From Candidatus Pacebacteria bacterium CG_4_9_14_0_2_um_filter_40_15 (GTDB taxonomy: Bacteria > Patescibacteriota > Microgenomatia > UBA1400 > PJMF01), in assembly GCA_002788675.1 (NCBI GenBank), contig PFRS01000008.1, positions 70,848 to 134,847 of the forward strand: a DNA stretch of 64,000 bases, given 5' to 3'. The translations under genes were made by a program, and so were the position numbers. The notes under the pieces are model-generated. The model saw nothing but the letters and a program-made list of their open reading frames with translations, did not search any database and was not told the origin of the DNA. This document shows, piece by piece, positions 39,730 through 49,832 of the stretch (its first letter is position 1; each line of letters starts with the position of its first letter).

Positions 39730-40358
39730 ACCTCCAAGTAGAATAAAAATAGTTCCTGGATCAAAGTTTAGGAACTATTTATTTTTCTACTTGAAGCTAC
39801 TTTATTTGAGTATATAAAAGAACATCACTCAAAATGAGCAAACGAAGTGTTTGCACAGAGTGATTTTGTGGAGATGGCGAAGAGTGACCTCGCGTCCGAA
39901 ATAGCAGCATGAATATCATCTACAGATTTAGTCTATCCTTGTTAATGCAGTAGAGGGAAAATAGACAAGCCTTCATACTACAATCTCCGTCTAAAAGTCT
40001 TAGAATAGTTCCGACGAACGAGAACTACCTGTCACACTAGCTGGGTTGATCACATACTCCCTCACACCAGTGAGATGAAAAGAGTACATGCCTTTTTCTA
40101 AGCTTAAGCAGCTATGAAAGAAGGAGCAAAGCTCATTGAAGGAGCTAAGTCAGCGATTGCTTTCTTAGTGTTCAGGAGAATGCTTTTTGCAGTATTATTT
40201 GCAATTATGTTTTTGACTCTGTTTTGCGTCTGTTAGTCAAAGACGATCTGCAGATATTAATGAGCGTATCCCGTCAAAGCAGTTCATCCCCACTTTAACA
40301 AATGTTATAAGATTATTATAGTATACTGCGACTAGAATCACAATTGCGAACTTGTGAA

Positions 40359-41249
40359 CTAAAGATAGCGGTCTACTAATTCCTGAACTAATGAGACAGA
40401 TGTATGCACTGATTCAAATCCTTTGAAACCAGGAAAAGCATTTACTTCCGTTAAGTAGTAGTTTTTTTGATCATCAACAAGAAAGTCAATTCCAGCAAAA
40501 TTAACGCCAAGTACTGAAGCAATTTTTTTCGATAATTTGATGAGCTTTTCGTCCGTTGGATACAAGGTAGCTGAGCCTCCTTGTTTCAAATTTGCCTTAA
40601 ATGAATGGCCTGGATTAGTTCTTTTTATTGCTCCAATTACAGTACCATGTGAGATGATCACTCGTATATCCGTGCCCTTACTTGCCACAATTGCTTGCTG
40701 TACAAGAAGTTGCGATTCTTTTGAAGAAACCGAGTAGGAAAAAGAAAGTAGATCTTCAAGTTCCCGATAATTTTCAATCCAGTACACTCCATTTCCGAGT
40801 GAGCCTTCAGGAGTTTTAACTACAACAGGAAAGCTAAAGTCTGAAAAGTCAGATTCTGAATATACTTCTGATAGAGTGATAAGTCGAGTATGGGGAACTG
40901 GAATACCTGCATGAGCAAGGATACTGTTTGTGAGCCATTTATCCGCCATAATTTCAATAGCATCTGGTGAGTTGACCAGCTTTACTCCAGATGATTGAAA
41001 AAAATGAAGAATATAGCGTGTTTTTTCTTTTCTAGTTTCACTTTTAACTACAGAGAGTAAGAAGTCACCTTTTCCTGGAAGGTTTTTTTTGGAAGCAGTT
41101 GTATCTAACACAATATCTTCAATATAAATTACTTCGTACGGAAGATTCTTTTTCTTTGCATATGCAACACTGCCAGAAATTTTGTCACGTTTAGTTTGAG
41201 AGAGTGCCTGATCAGAGCGATTTGCAAGAATCCAAAGTTTTTTTGACAT
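40359..41249 (-). CDS. RimK-like ATP-grasp ligase (alpha-L-glutamate ligase family)
   Basis: PVVVKTPEGSLGNGVYWI; GTDIRVIISHGTVIGAIKRTNPGHSFKANLKQGGSA; VNFAGIDFLVDDQKNYYLTEVNAFPGF. AAGGA lies 9 nt upstream of the ATG at 41249. The gene starts 1 nt after the upstream gene's stop. Confidence 0.75.
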   Translation of the reverse strand: MSKKLWILANRSDQALSQTKRDKISGSVAYAKKKNLPYEVIYIEDIVLDTTASKKNLPGKGDFLLSVVKSETRKEKTRYILHFFQSSGVKLVNSPDAIEIMADKWLTNSILAHAGIPVPHTRLITLSEVYSESDFSDFSFPVVVKTPEGSLGNGVYWIENYRELEDLLSFSYSVSSKESQLLVQQAIVASKGTDIRVIISHGTVIGAIKRTNPGHSFKANLKQGGSATLYPTDEKLIKLSKKIASVLGVNFAGIDFLVDDQKNYYLTEVNAFPGFKGFESVHTSVSLVQELVDRYL

Positions 41250-41250
41250 A

Positions 41251-42693
41251 TTATTTTTCCTTAAACAGCTCATTAAGTAACGTCTCATCATCATTGAGCG
41301 AAGTGAATAACTTTCTTCTAAATGTTTTTTTAGTGGTTACCAATCGCTTTGCCATTTTATCGATAGCAATCATTGCTAAGACAGATTGCACATAGCCCTC
41401 AATTAAGTCATCAAGGCTTAAGCCAAGTTTGTTGAAATCACGTTGGTCCATGAGGAGAAGGCGACTTGTGTCACTATCCCATTCATGTTCACCTTTTTTG
41501 ACTGAAAGATTGGTCATTAAGATATTTTTTGAGTCTTTGCCAGCAATGTTGGCAGTTAATGGCTCTTCAGCTTTTCTACTGTACAGTCCAAGAGGTCTAA
41601 GGCCATTTTCAGTAGTATGCACTAGCATTCGTAAGTCGAATACGTAACTATTTTGTCTTTTACTCGGAATTGTTCCTACCTGGAATAACAGCTCGTTCTC
41701 ATGGTAAGTACTCCAAGCATAGTGACCAACCAAACGTTGGATAATAAATTTCTGGTAGGGAATATCCAGGTCCATAAAGGCTTCAAGTTCTTTTTCATTA
41801 ATGATGGTAAACACACCCTGTCCAGCATTACTGTATGGAATTTTTATTACTCCTTTGTAACCAAATTTTTCCAGCCAAAGAGGAATCTCGTTTTTATTGA
41901 CGTCCCAGATTGTTGTCGGAGTTTTAATCTCGAGTCCAGCCTCGGCAACCTCAGCGTTTAAAAAATCATAGGCTTTTGCTGCCATCAGTTTATTTCGTCC
42001 ACCAGCAAGACAAGCAATAATGGGGTTAAAGATACGAGTTTTTGAAAAGAGTGGTAGTCGATTCCAAGGTTTTTGGGTTACATAGCGAAAGATCGTCCGC
42101 ACTGGGGTCCATTTATCATTAATAAGTAATTCGATTGCTCGTGTTTCAGAATTGAATCGTATACACTTGCCATAATCCTCTTCATGATACTCAACCAAAT
42201 ACACATCTTTTTTGATGAGATCGGCTATCGTAGCTGCGTAGCCTGAGTTTTCCATGGGATTTTTATCATACACGACACAAGTGACACCTTTTTTGAGAGG
42301 GCTTTTTTTCCAGATAGGTAAAAAAGTCTTGCTAATGAGTTCTTCGTACCCGCCTTTTTCATTATTTTCATCAAGTAATGGAAATGATTTTTGACCTGAA
42401 GGACAAGAGTTCGTTTCAATAACAACCATTTGTTTCATGCCTTCGGTTGTGGTTGTATGCATGAGGTCAGTACCAGCCCACTTGAAATATTTTGGTGTGT
42501 ATTTAAGTAAGTCTCTTAAATATTCAGCGTCTATAGATGGATTCAGATACGAGAATCGCTGAATAATACGCTCGTTATCCATGTTCATAAAGAACGAGAC
42601 AACAGGGTGTATTTGGGCATTGAGTGCCTTTGAGTACCAATGTTTATGGGGTGAGAAGCTTTGTGGTTTAACGACAACGATAGATGAGTTCAT
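41251..42693 (-). CDS. Tubulin-tyrosine-ligase (TTL)-like ATP-grasp protein
   Basis: TTL-family motifs in canonical order: the P-loop-like KIPYSNAGQGVF; QKFIIQRLV matching QKYI; YVFDLRMLVHT matching FDxRxYVLV; ILMTNLSVKK matching HLTNYSxQK. The start is uncertain: GTG at 42789 or ATG at 42693. Confidence 0.6.
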   Translation of the reverse strand: MNSSIVVVKPQSFSPHKHWYSKALNAQIHPVVSFFMNMDNERIIQRFSYLNPSIDAEYLRDLLKYTPKYFKWAGTDLMHTTTTEGMKQMVVIETNSCPSGQKSFPLLDENNEKGGYEELISKTFLPIWKKSPLKKGVTCVVYDKNPMENSGYAATIADLIKKDVYLVEYHEEDYGKCIRFNSETRAIELLINDKWTPVRTIFRYVTQKPWNRLPLFSKTRIFNPIIACLAGGRNKLMAAKAYDFLNAEVAEAGLEIKTPTTIWDVNKNEIPLWLEKFGYKGVIKIPYSNAGQGVFTIINEKELEAFMDLDIPYQKFIIQRLVGHYAWSTYHENELLFQVGTIPSKRQNSYVFDLRMLVHTTENGLRPLGLYSRKAEEPLTANIAGKDSKNILMTNLSVKKGEHEWDSDTSRLLLMDQRDFNKLGLSLDDLIEGYVQSVLAMIAIDKMAKRLVTTKKTFRRKLFTSLNDDETLLNELFKEK

Positions 42694-42763
42694 ATGTGTA
42701 GAGTAAACTTGTAATCTCGCTATTATAGTCCAAGTTTTTGGCTCGCATACCGGTAATTTATCA

Positions 42764-43423
42764 TTAGACACGGATGCAAAATACGGCACAGTGACACCCC
42801 AGTGAGAGTTTTTGTAGCTCGTACACGCATTCTCTCAGAGTTGAGCCAGTAGTGCAAACATCATCAACAAGAAGCACCTTTTTGTGTGCAAGTGTCTGTT
42901 GCACGGTAAGCTGTGGTAAAAGTGAAAACCGATGCTCAGCATTCTTGAGTCTTTCTTTTCGAGAGTTCGTTTTTGCTTGTGCACCACTCTGAGTGTTTTT
43001 TTTGAGTGTGGTGATGTAAGGTTTGTTCAGAAGCGTGGCAAGGTTTTGGGCTATAAGTTGTGTATGGTCAAAACCTCTGCGTTTTTTTCTGACTGGATCT
43101 GGAGGAACTGATGTTATGAAGTCTATTGAGGGTAGTGAGGCGTGATGAAAGAGGAGTTCTGCAATTCTTTTTCCAAACGCAGGTATTCCACGGTATTTAA
43201 ATGTATGAATAATTCTTCTTGAGTCCTGATTAAATCGGCACACAGCAACCAGTGAAAGATCAGGATAGTACACTGGAGCCTCAATCTGTGTACAAAAATC
43301 CAACTTATGACTGCAGCGAGTACAGAGTACAGTTCCAGGCCATTCACAGAAAAGACAACAGTGGGGGAAGAGTACTGCAACTAAGAGAGTTCCAATAGTT
43401 TTGAGAGGGGTGAGTGGGGTCAC
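42764..43423 (-). CDS. comF: ComF family protein (ComFC-like phosphoribosyltransferase)
   Basis: An N-terminal zinc ribbon CLFC...CTRC and the C-terminal PRTase motif VLLVDDVCTTGSTL. Confidence 0.7.
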   Translation of the reverse strand: MTPLTPLKTIGTLLVAVLFPHCCLFCEWPGTVLCTRCSHKLDFCTQIEAPVYYPDLSLVAVCRFNQDSRRIIHTFKYRGIPAFGKRIAELLFHHASLPSIDFITSVPPDPVRKKRRGFDHTQLIAQNLATLLNKPYITTLKKNTQSGAQAKTNSRKERLKNAEHRFSLLPQLTVQQTLAHKKVLLVDDVCTTGSTLRECVYELQKLSLGCHCAVFCIRV

Positions 43424-43435
43424 CTAGTAAGTTAA

Positions 43436-45124
43436 TCATTTTGAAATGACAGGAGTTGTAGCGTCTTTTCTTGAAAGATCTAGGAGTCTCTTGAGTTGTT
43501 GTACGACAGTTGAAGCAGGCGCTTTTTTTTCAAGCGTGGTGAGGTATTCTTCAGCGAGATCATATTTTTGCTCGGAAATAAGAAGTTGTATAAGGTTTGG
43601 GTATGAAACCAAAAAGTTGGGGTTCATTGAGAGAGCAGTGGAAAATTCTTGGAATGCCATATCATTGTTTCCTTGTGCTTGATACGCCCGAGCTAAATTA
43701 TGGTGTGTTTGTGGATAGGTATCGGCAATTTCAATTGCACGTTTGTAGTGGGTAATAGCATCTGATAGTTTATTTTCATCAGCGTACGCCATGGCAAGAT
43801 TATTGTGGATGCGTGCTGTTTCTTGGTACTGAAGAATGTAGGGATAGAATCTGGTGGCTCTTCCCCAGATGAAGTTTTGACGAAGGGTGAGCAGTATGCA
43901 GATTGTGGCCAAAATACTGAGTGCTTGTTTTGTGTATTTTGGCCAAGAAATGTGTAGTGTATGCACTAATAGCTGTAGCAGTCCATAGAGCATGATCAAA
44001 AAGCCAATGAGCGGGACGTACAACCAGTGTTCATACATAATATCGTTAATGGGCACTAATCCTGAAACTGGAAGTAACATTATTAAAAACCAGAGTAATC
44101 CAAAGTGAATCCAGTTACTCTTAGTTTTCTTTTTTTCTTGAAAACCAATAAAAGTAATTGTTCCTATCAGCAGCACACTTAAAAAAGTATAGGGTGAAAG
44201 CAGCGAAGTCACAATTTCTGTAGTTCGCTCCATATGCAAATTAACAGGTACAAAAATGAGCGAAATATAAATAAGGAACACTTTTGCAAAAGTCGCGATT
44301 CGCACAAAAATACTGTCTCCATAAGCAGAGCCTTCGAACATATTTACTTGTTCTTGAAAGAGTAATGTTGTTGCCCTGAGTGAGACGTATATGCCCAGTG
44401 ATATGAATACACTTGTTAGGGTGAGTAACCCAAGTCTGAGCGTTTTCTTTGTTTGAGTTGTGTTTCGTAGAAAGAAAAAAAGTAAGAGATACAGTAATAG
44501 ACTACCGACAGCTATTTCCTTAGCTAAAACACTTGCAATAAAAAACAGTGGAACAAGGATAGCAAAAATAACTGGAGTTAGTGTTGCAGATACATTATAG
44601 ATTTGCCAAGTATATTTCTTTTCTTGTAATAGAGCACTAAAACAGAGTAAACCCAGCAACATATAAAAAGTGAAGTGTGAATCGCCACGGGAGTTTGCAT
44701 ATACAACTGCTTCTGTTTGCAGTGGATGGATTAAGAAAAAGCCAGCAATTACTGCGGCAGCTTTTTTGTTCATACTAAGTGATAGCAGTAGCAAAAAGAG
44801 CAACACTCCAGCTAAACTATGTAAGAGTGTATTGGTTAGATGAAAACCAATGGGATTGAGTCCCCAAGTGGCATGGTCCATTGCAAATGAAAGCGTGGTG
44901 AGAGGTCGGTAATAGTTACTTGATTCACCAGCCCCAGCCAAAGTATTGGTAGTGAAGATTTTTTGGACATTAAATTCTTTAACATATTGGTTGTTATAAA
45001 TAAATTGTTCATCATCCCAAAACAGTTGATTATTAAGTGATGGTGCATAGGTGAAAAATCCAAGGCAAAAAATGCCAATTACTAGCAGGTGTTTTTTGGT
45101 GAATTCTTTGAGAGTTTCAGTCAC
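43436..45124 (-). CDS. GT-C fold membrane glycosyltransferase-like protein (PMT/TMTC-like) with C-terminal TPR repeats
   Basis: About 11 TM helices with a WDDEQFI motif in the first loop. The C-terminus has TPR-like repeats (AMAYADENKLSDAITHYKRAIEI..., AYQAQGNNDMAFQEF). Confidence 0.55.
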   Translation of the reverse strand: MTETLKEFTKKHLLVIGIFCLGFFTYAPSLNNQLFWDDEQFIYNNQYVKEFNVQKIFTTNTLAGAGESSNYYRPLTTLSFAMDHATWGLNPIGFHLTNTLLHSLAGVLLFLLLLSLSMNKKAAAVIAGFFLIHPLQTEAVVYANSRGDSHFTFYMLLGLLCFSALLQEKKYTWQIYNVSATLTPVIFAILVPLFFIASVLAKEIAVGSLLLYLLLFFFLRNTTQTKKTLRLGLLTLTSVFISLGIYVSLRATTLLFQEQVNMFEGSAYGDSIFVRIATFAKVFLIYISLIFVPVNLHMERTTEIVTSLLSPYTFLSVLLIGTITFIGFQEKKKTKSNWIHFGLLWFLIMLLPVSGLVPINDIMYEHWLYVPLIGFLIMLYGLLQLLVHTLHISWPKYTKQALSILATICILLTLRQNFIWGRATRFYPYILQYQETARIHNNLAMAYADENKLSDAITHYKRAIEIADTYPQTHHNLARAYQAQGNNDMAFQEFSTALSMNPNFLVSYPNLIQLLISEQKYDLAEEYLTTLEKKAPASTVVQQLKRLLDLSRKDATTPVISK

Positions 45125-45282
45125 GAATTGAGTATAGCATTGAGAGTGACACTTTTTCTTTATCTAAATAAACAGCAGACGTGTACAATTTGGATATGCA
45201 GCAATCTCAAAATAGTTCAATGTTACTTTTTTTAAAGTTACTGAGAACTTTTTTTACTACTCTTTTTTCTAGAAATGTAAAA

Positions 45283-46047
45283 ATGGCTTTTGGAGTGATA
45301 CTTTTTTTGGTAGTGCTGGTGATGGCAAATAGAGATATGTATGGAACAGAGCTTATTAACTCAGTTTTAGACACGACAGTCCAGGAAGTCGACCCCAAAG
45401 TAGAGCAATCTACAAATAATTCATCCAGTCCCAAATATATAGTTGTGAGCGTAACAGATGGTGATACCTTTAAGGTCGATATTGATGGAAAGACGGAGAC
45501 GGTGCGCCTTGTTGGAGTAAATACTCCTGAATCTGTCGATCCGCGCAAACCAGTTGAGTGTTTTGGTAGAGAGGCATCTAACAAATTAAAAGCATTACTT
45601 GAAGGGCAACAAGTTGCTCTGCAAGCGGATGCAGCTCAGAGTGATCGAGACCGGTATGGTCGGTTACTTCGTTTTGCTCAGTTAGAAAATGGCCAGGATG
45701 TAGGGTTATTGCTTGTTGCTGAAGGTTTTGCTCAAGAGTCACTGTATAGTGACACACCACACATTTACAGAGATGAGTATGTACAAGCGCAACAGGAAGC
45801 TCAAGGTGCAAAACTAGGGTTGTGGGCAGACGATGCGTGTCGTGTGGTAACGGAAAGTTCAACTTCAAAACTAAATGTACAAACAGATAAAAGTTGTACA
45901 GGTCCTGACTTTGATTGTGCAGATTTTGTGTCTCATGCAGCGGCTCAGTTATTCTTTGATGGCTGTGGATTTACTGCTGAAAATGATCCGATGAACTTGG
46001 ATGGAGTTAAAGTGGGTGATGGCGTGGCGTGTGAGAGTTTGCCGTAG
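45283..46047 (+). CDS. Thermonuclease (SNase-like) family protein with C-terminal Excalibur calcium-binding domain
   Basis: An SNase core (VTDGDTFKV...VRLVGVNTPE...RYGRLL) and a C-terminal CTGPDFDCADF Excalibur motif. The start was placed at MAFGVILF. Confidence 0.6.
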   Translation: MAFGVILFLVVLVMANRDMYGTELINSVLDTTVQEVDPKVEQSTNNSSSPKYIVVSVTDGDTFKVDIDGKTETVRLVGVNTPESVDPRKPVECFGREASNKLKALLEGQQVALQADAAQSDRDRYGRLLRFAQLENGQDVGLLLVAEGFAQESLYSDTPHIYRDEYVQAQQEAQGAKLGLWADDACRVVTESSTSKLNVQTDKSCTGPDFDCADFVSHAAAQLFFDGCGFTAENDPMNLDGVKVGDGVACESLP

Positions 46048-46081
46048 GGATTTTTTGAAGAGAGAAAAAGTTGAAATTTTG

Positions 46082-46155
46082 TGGTCGCACCTGGACTCGA
46101 ACCAGGGACCTCACGAATGTGAATCGTGCGCTCTAACCAACTGAGCTATACGACC
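46082..46155 (-). tRNA. tRNA-Val (anticodon CAC)
   Basis: The reverse complement GGTCGTATAGCTCAGTTGGTTAGAGCGCACGATTCACATTCGTGAGGTCCCTGGTTCGAGTCCAGGTGCGACCA folds as a cloverleaf: a 7-bp acceptor, GTTCGAGTC T-loop, anticodon loop TTCACAT. CCA is not encoded. Confidence 0.8.
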
Positions 46156-46163
46156 ATCTCTAA

Positions 46164-47240
46164 CTAGAGCAAATTATACTCCATGAAGATTGATTTTACA
46201 TCAGCGGCAGAGTTTGCTTGAAAGAGTTTAATGCGAACTTCTTTAGCACTTTCAAAGCCTTTAACATACCATCCGAGGTGTTTGCGCATAGGCATAAAGG
46301 TATATTTTTCATCGTCTTTGTATGTTTTTTCAAATAATTCACTATGTTCTAATGCAATTTTAACAAGCGAAGGGGCATCAACAGGTGTGTTTTTCGTAAA
46401 AATAAAGGGATCACCAAAGCTCCCTCGGCCAATTAAAACACCATCCACACTGTATGTCGCAATTTTATCAAGCGCATCTTGATGAGTAGCTATATCTCCA
46501 TTACCAAGGATAAGTGTGTTAGTGTGTTTTGCTAAACTTGCTGCGAGTGCAATTTCTTCCCAGCTTGCGAGTCCTCCGTACTGCTGTTTAAGTGTCCGGC
46601 CATGCAGTGCAATGACAGCAGGTTCGAGTTCAAGTAAAAAGCTGATCCATTCGGTAGTGACGGGTTGGTGATAGCCAACACGAGTTTTGACTGAAACAGG
46701 AATATGCGTTCTCTCATGGATGCTACCCGGAACAGTTTTTGCTCGTTGGGCAACTTCAGCAGCAATTTTGGGAGAAATATCGGTACAGTCACTGGCACGT
46801 TTGCCATTTAGATAGTCTTGTACACCAGCTTTAGTCGCAAGAATGATTTTTTTTGCCAGTTCTGGATTTTCAATGAGTGCGGCACCTGAGCCGGAGTTGG
46901 AAACATTTTTTGCAGGGCAACCCATGTTAATATCAACGCCGTCGAATCCGAGTTCGCACACGACAGTTGCAACTTGTTGAAAGTATTCGGGTGTAGTGCC
47001 ATAAATTTGGGCAACAATATTTCGTTGGGATTCATCATAGAGAAAGTCTTTAAGCAAACGTGTTGCGCCATGACACATACCCTCTACATTGGTGAATTCA
47101 GTGTAAAGCACGTCAGGGTTACCATATTTCTTTTGAATGGCACGGGTGGGCTGGTCGGTGACTCCGTCCATAGGAGAGAGACCAATAAGAGGCTTGTCGT
47201 AGGTATACCAAAATGTTGGGCCGGACTTTTTCATCTGCAT
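46164..47240 (-). CDS. dus: tRNA-dihydrouridine synthase
   Basis: IGLSPMDGVTD, DINMGCPAKNV, and a TIM-barrel Dus signature. Co-directional with tRNA-Val. Confidence 0.85.
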   Translation of the reverse strand: MQMKKSGPTFWYTYDKPLIGLSPMDGVTDQPTRAIQKKYGNPDVLYTEFTNVEGMCHGATRLLKDFLYDESQRNIVAQIYGTTPEYFQQVATVVCELGFDGVDINMGCPAKNVSNSGSGAALIENPELAKKIILATKAGVQDYLNGKRASDCTDISPKIAAEVAQRAKTVPGSIHERTHIPVSVKTRVGYHQPVTTEWISFLLELEPAVIALHGRTLKQQYGGLASWEEIALAASLAKHTNTLILGNGDIATHQDALDKIATYSVDGVLIGRGSFGDPFIFTKNTPVDAPSLVKIALEHSELFEKTYKDDEKYTFMPMRKHLGWYVKGFESAKEVRIKLFQANSAADVKSIFMEYNLL

Positions 47241-47248
47241 AGTATACC

Positions 47249-49051
47249 TTAAAAGAGCGCAATTTTGGCTTGTAGATAGGCAAAAGCTTGATCAGAAACA
47301 GAAAGCTTTGATGCAATGAGCAACGAGACAAATTCCTCTTTGAGCAACTGTTTCTGGTTGGGATAGTTCTTGGTTAAGGACAGCAATCGAGTAAGCTCAT
47401 ACCACAAAAAGTGAGATGCAATCTCACCTTCAGCGAATAAGTAACTTACATCTGAAAGTAATAAGTCTGGATCATTCTGAAGCACAATCTCAGATAGACC
47501 AGAATTTTTTGTAAATGAGAGTAAGTAGGTTGTTGGTTGACTGCTAAGTATTCCATCTAAGCTGTGTTTCGTGCTTTCACCAGTTAGAGAGTAAGTAAAA
47601 AATTGTAAATGATATGACGTGCCAAAACTGCCCGTGACAGTGATACGATAGTCACCGGATTCAGGTTTGGCTAGGTATTGTAAGAAAGTTTCTTTTGATT
47701 GTGACTGATCCTTGGTACTTAAATATGAGTAATTCTGATCGAGTTGAAAGGTTTGGAGCTCGTTAGCAACCTCCACTGTAGCATCTGAAGACTCAGAAGT
47801 TATAAGGAAATAACTTAAATCTGTAAAACTGGGAGTAAAAAAACGAAGTGATTGTGGTTCATCGGTATGTTGGCTGAGCTGTGTGTATGTGTACGCTGGA
47901 TCTTGAATGTAAAAATCAAGGGGATCACTCTGCGGAACTACTCCTTCTGCGACTAGAAAATGTCCTGGAATGTTTACAATGGCAGGTCTTTGATGTGTTT
48001 CAATTTCTGTTTGCAGACTAGTGGTGATATCTGTATTGATTAAATTAAACTCGAGGTTGGGAGTTTGATATGTCTCTGATATCTGATTAGTTAGTCGAGT
48101 AACTGCGAGCCAATTAAGCAAACCATCGCCAATATACCCATCAGGTTGTGTAGTAAGCCACATGTTGAGTGTTTCCGGCGTAATAGTAGTACCATCTGCG
48201 AACTGAGTGATGTCATGGTAATTAAGGATCATAACCATTGAGGAGAGTGCACAGCCCCATGCACCAATGCTTGGATCTTCAGGAGCCCACTCTGCTGCGG
48301 TGTCGTACTCTGTGGCTGACCATGCATCATCGAGCTGTGATACACGCTCAACACCTAAGTGATGTGGATCAGAAAGCAAAGAAACTACTATATTATCAAT
48401 AACAATATGAGTTGGAGCAATACTTCCAGTACCAACTTTAAGTCCAACTTTTCCATAGTTATTCGTGAAGGTGGGATCGATATCATCAAAGATAAGTTGG
48501 TCATCTACGTAGAGTGTTATCTGTCCTTCGTTAAGTTCCAAGGTGATGTGATACTGCACATTATTTTGAAGTGTTGTGGGGCGGTGTGCTTGCCATGGGA
48601 CGAAGCCATCTTGCAGTCTAAGAATTTCCATACCAGCTGAATTAAAATGTATTTCGTACCAGTTGGTAAGATTTTCAAAATGAAAGGAAATGTTTTTGTC
48701 TGCGCCCGAGAGCGAAAGATACTCAAACTCATAACGGATATTATGCCAATCGGTATTCCAGCTTGCATCATTTGGAATGAGTTCCGAAATAGTATAGCCA
48801 TCGGACACATATCCATGTAGCTGCTCGTTATGAATGCTCCAGAAAGTGCCATCGTCGCGGGTTGGCTCCCATTTTTCGAATCCAGAATCAAAAGAGTCAG
48901 CAAACACAACCGTTTGTGCTTGAATACTTTTGGGAAAAGAAAAAAGTAAGAAAGTGCAAAAAACCAGCGTTTGGAAAAATATTCTTAAAAAATGAGTTAG
49001 CTTGGGTGTAAGCGTTCGAACGCTCCTGTAGTACAATGCAACCATACGCAT
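47249..49051 (-). CDS. Secreted protein with lectin/LamG-like N-domain and C39-like papain-fold peptidase domain, putative
   Basis: Signal peptide ...FSFPKSIQAQT. GAWGCALSSMVMILNYHDIT resembles the peptidase C39-like catalytic Cys region. The start was moved to an internal Met to avoid overlap. Confidence 0.45.
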   Translation of the reverse strand: MRMVALYYRSVRTLTPKLTHFLRIFFQTLVFCTFLLFSFPKSIQAQTVVFADSFDSGFEKWEPTRDDGTFWSIHNEQLHGYVSDGYTISELIPNDASWNTDWHNIRYEFEYLSLSGADKNISFHFENLTNWYEIHFNSAGMEILRLQDGFVPWQAHRPTTLQNNVQYHITLELNEGQITLYVDDQLIFDDIDPTFTNNYGKVGLKVGTGSIAPTHIVIDNIVVSLLSDPHHLGVERVSQLDDAWSATEYDTAAEWAPEDPSIGAWGCALSSMVMILNYHDITQFADGTTITPETLNMWLTTQPDGYIGDGLLNWLAVTRLTNQISETYQTPNLEFNLINTDITTSLQTEIETHQRPAIVNIPGHFLVAEGVVPQSDPLDFYIQDPAYTYTQLSQHTDEPQSLRFFTPSFTDLSYFLITSESSDATVEVANELQTFQLDQNYSYLSTKDQSQSKETFLQYLAKPESGDYRITVTGSFGTSYHLQFFTYSLTGESTKHSLDGILSSQPTTYLLSFTKNSGLSEIVLQNDPDLLLSDVSYLFAEGEIASHFLWYELTRLLSLTKNYPNQKQLLKEEFVSLLIASKLSVSDQAFAYLQAKIALF

Positions 49052-49088
49052 AGTAAACAAGATAAAAATGACATACAGCTGACAGGAT

Positions 49089-49832
49089 ATGAAATCACCA
49101 AAGTTACTCACTTTCTATAACTCGTATCATCAAAAAAATGATGTGTATAGTAAACCAATTTCAGATGGCAACTTTACCTATTTCTATTTCATTAAATACT
49201 TTGCAAAACATTTTAAAGGTAGGTACACAGTAAACACCACGGTGTTGGATGTCGGGTGTGGGGTAGGGAGTCTCTCATTTTATCTTGCCTCTAAAGGTAT
49301 GCTTGTGCATGGTATTGATATTTCTACCCGTGCTATTGCACTTTGCAAGGAAGTTAGGAAACGTTCTGGTCTAACCCATGCAAGTTTTAGTAGAAAAGTT
49401 CTTGATGAGATACCAGAAAAAAATGATATTGTAATTTGTTCAGAAATAATCGAGCATATTCCTGATGAGGCTGCATTTGCTCAAATGCTTAGTATAAAGT
49501 TAAAGAAAAATGGCTATCTTTTTTTAAGCACTCCTAGCAAAGCAAACATGTTTTATCCAATGGGGATTTTTGCAAAATTTGATACCGAAGTGGGGCATGT
49601 GCGCCGCTATACTGAAGAGTCGCTTAGAAAAGTTCTAGAACAGCACGGTTTTCGCATTGAGGCCTTGTATCGGATTGAAGGAATTCTTAGAAATGTATTG
49701 TATACAACAAAATTAGGTTTTTTGATTAAATATATTCGCGGTCCGCTCGTACCACTTTTCCATTTTATAGATTCGCTTTTTATCCGTATCTTTGGTCCAT
49801 GTAATTATTTTGTTGTGGCACGAAAAAAATGA
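49089..49832 (+). CDS. Class I SAM-dependent methyltransferase
   Basis: Motif I VLDVGCGVGSL and motif post-I VHGIDIS. Confidence 0.75.
   Translation: MKSPKLLTFYNSYHQKNDVYSKPISDGNFTYFYFIKYFAKHFKGRYTVNTTVLDVGCGVGSLSFYLASKGMLVHGIDISTRAIALCKEVRKRSGLTHASFSRKVLDEIPEKNDIVICSEIIEHIPDEAAFAQMLSIKLKKNGYLFLSTPSKANMFYPMGIFAKFDTEVGHVRRYTEESLRKVLEQHGFRIEALYRIEGILRNVLYTTKLGFLIKYIRGPLVPLFHFIDSLFIRIFGPCNYFVVARKK

Noticed and set aside
39746-40358. Possible tmRNA, RNase P RNA or SRP RNA in the 600-bp gap
   Set aside because: No match was found to conserved cores: the tmRNA ends GGGG...TCGAC / ...CCACCA, the RNase P P4 GGAAAGTCCGG / ACAGAA..GGCTTA, or the SRP GGAAGCAGCC. It needs a covariance-model search, so it is not called.
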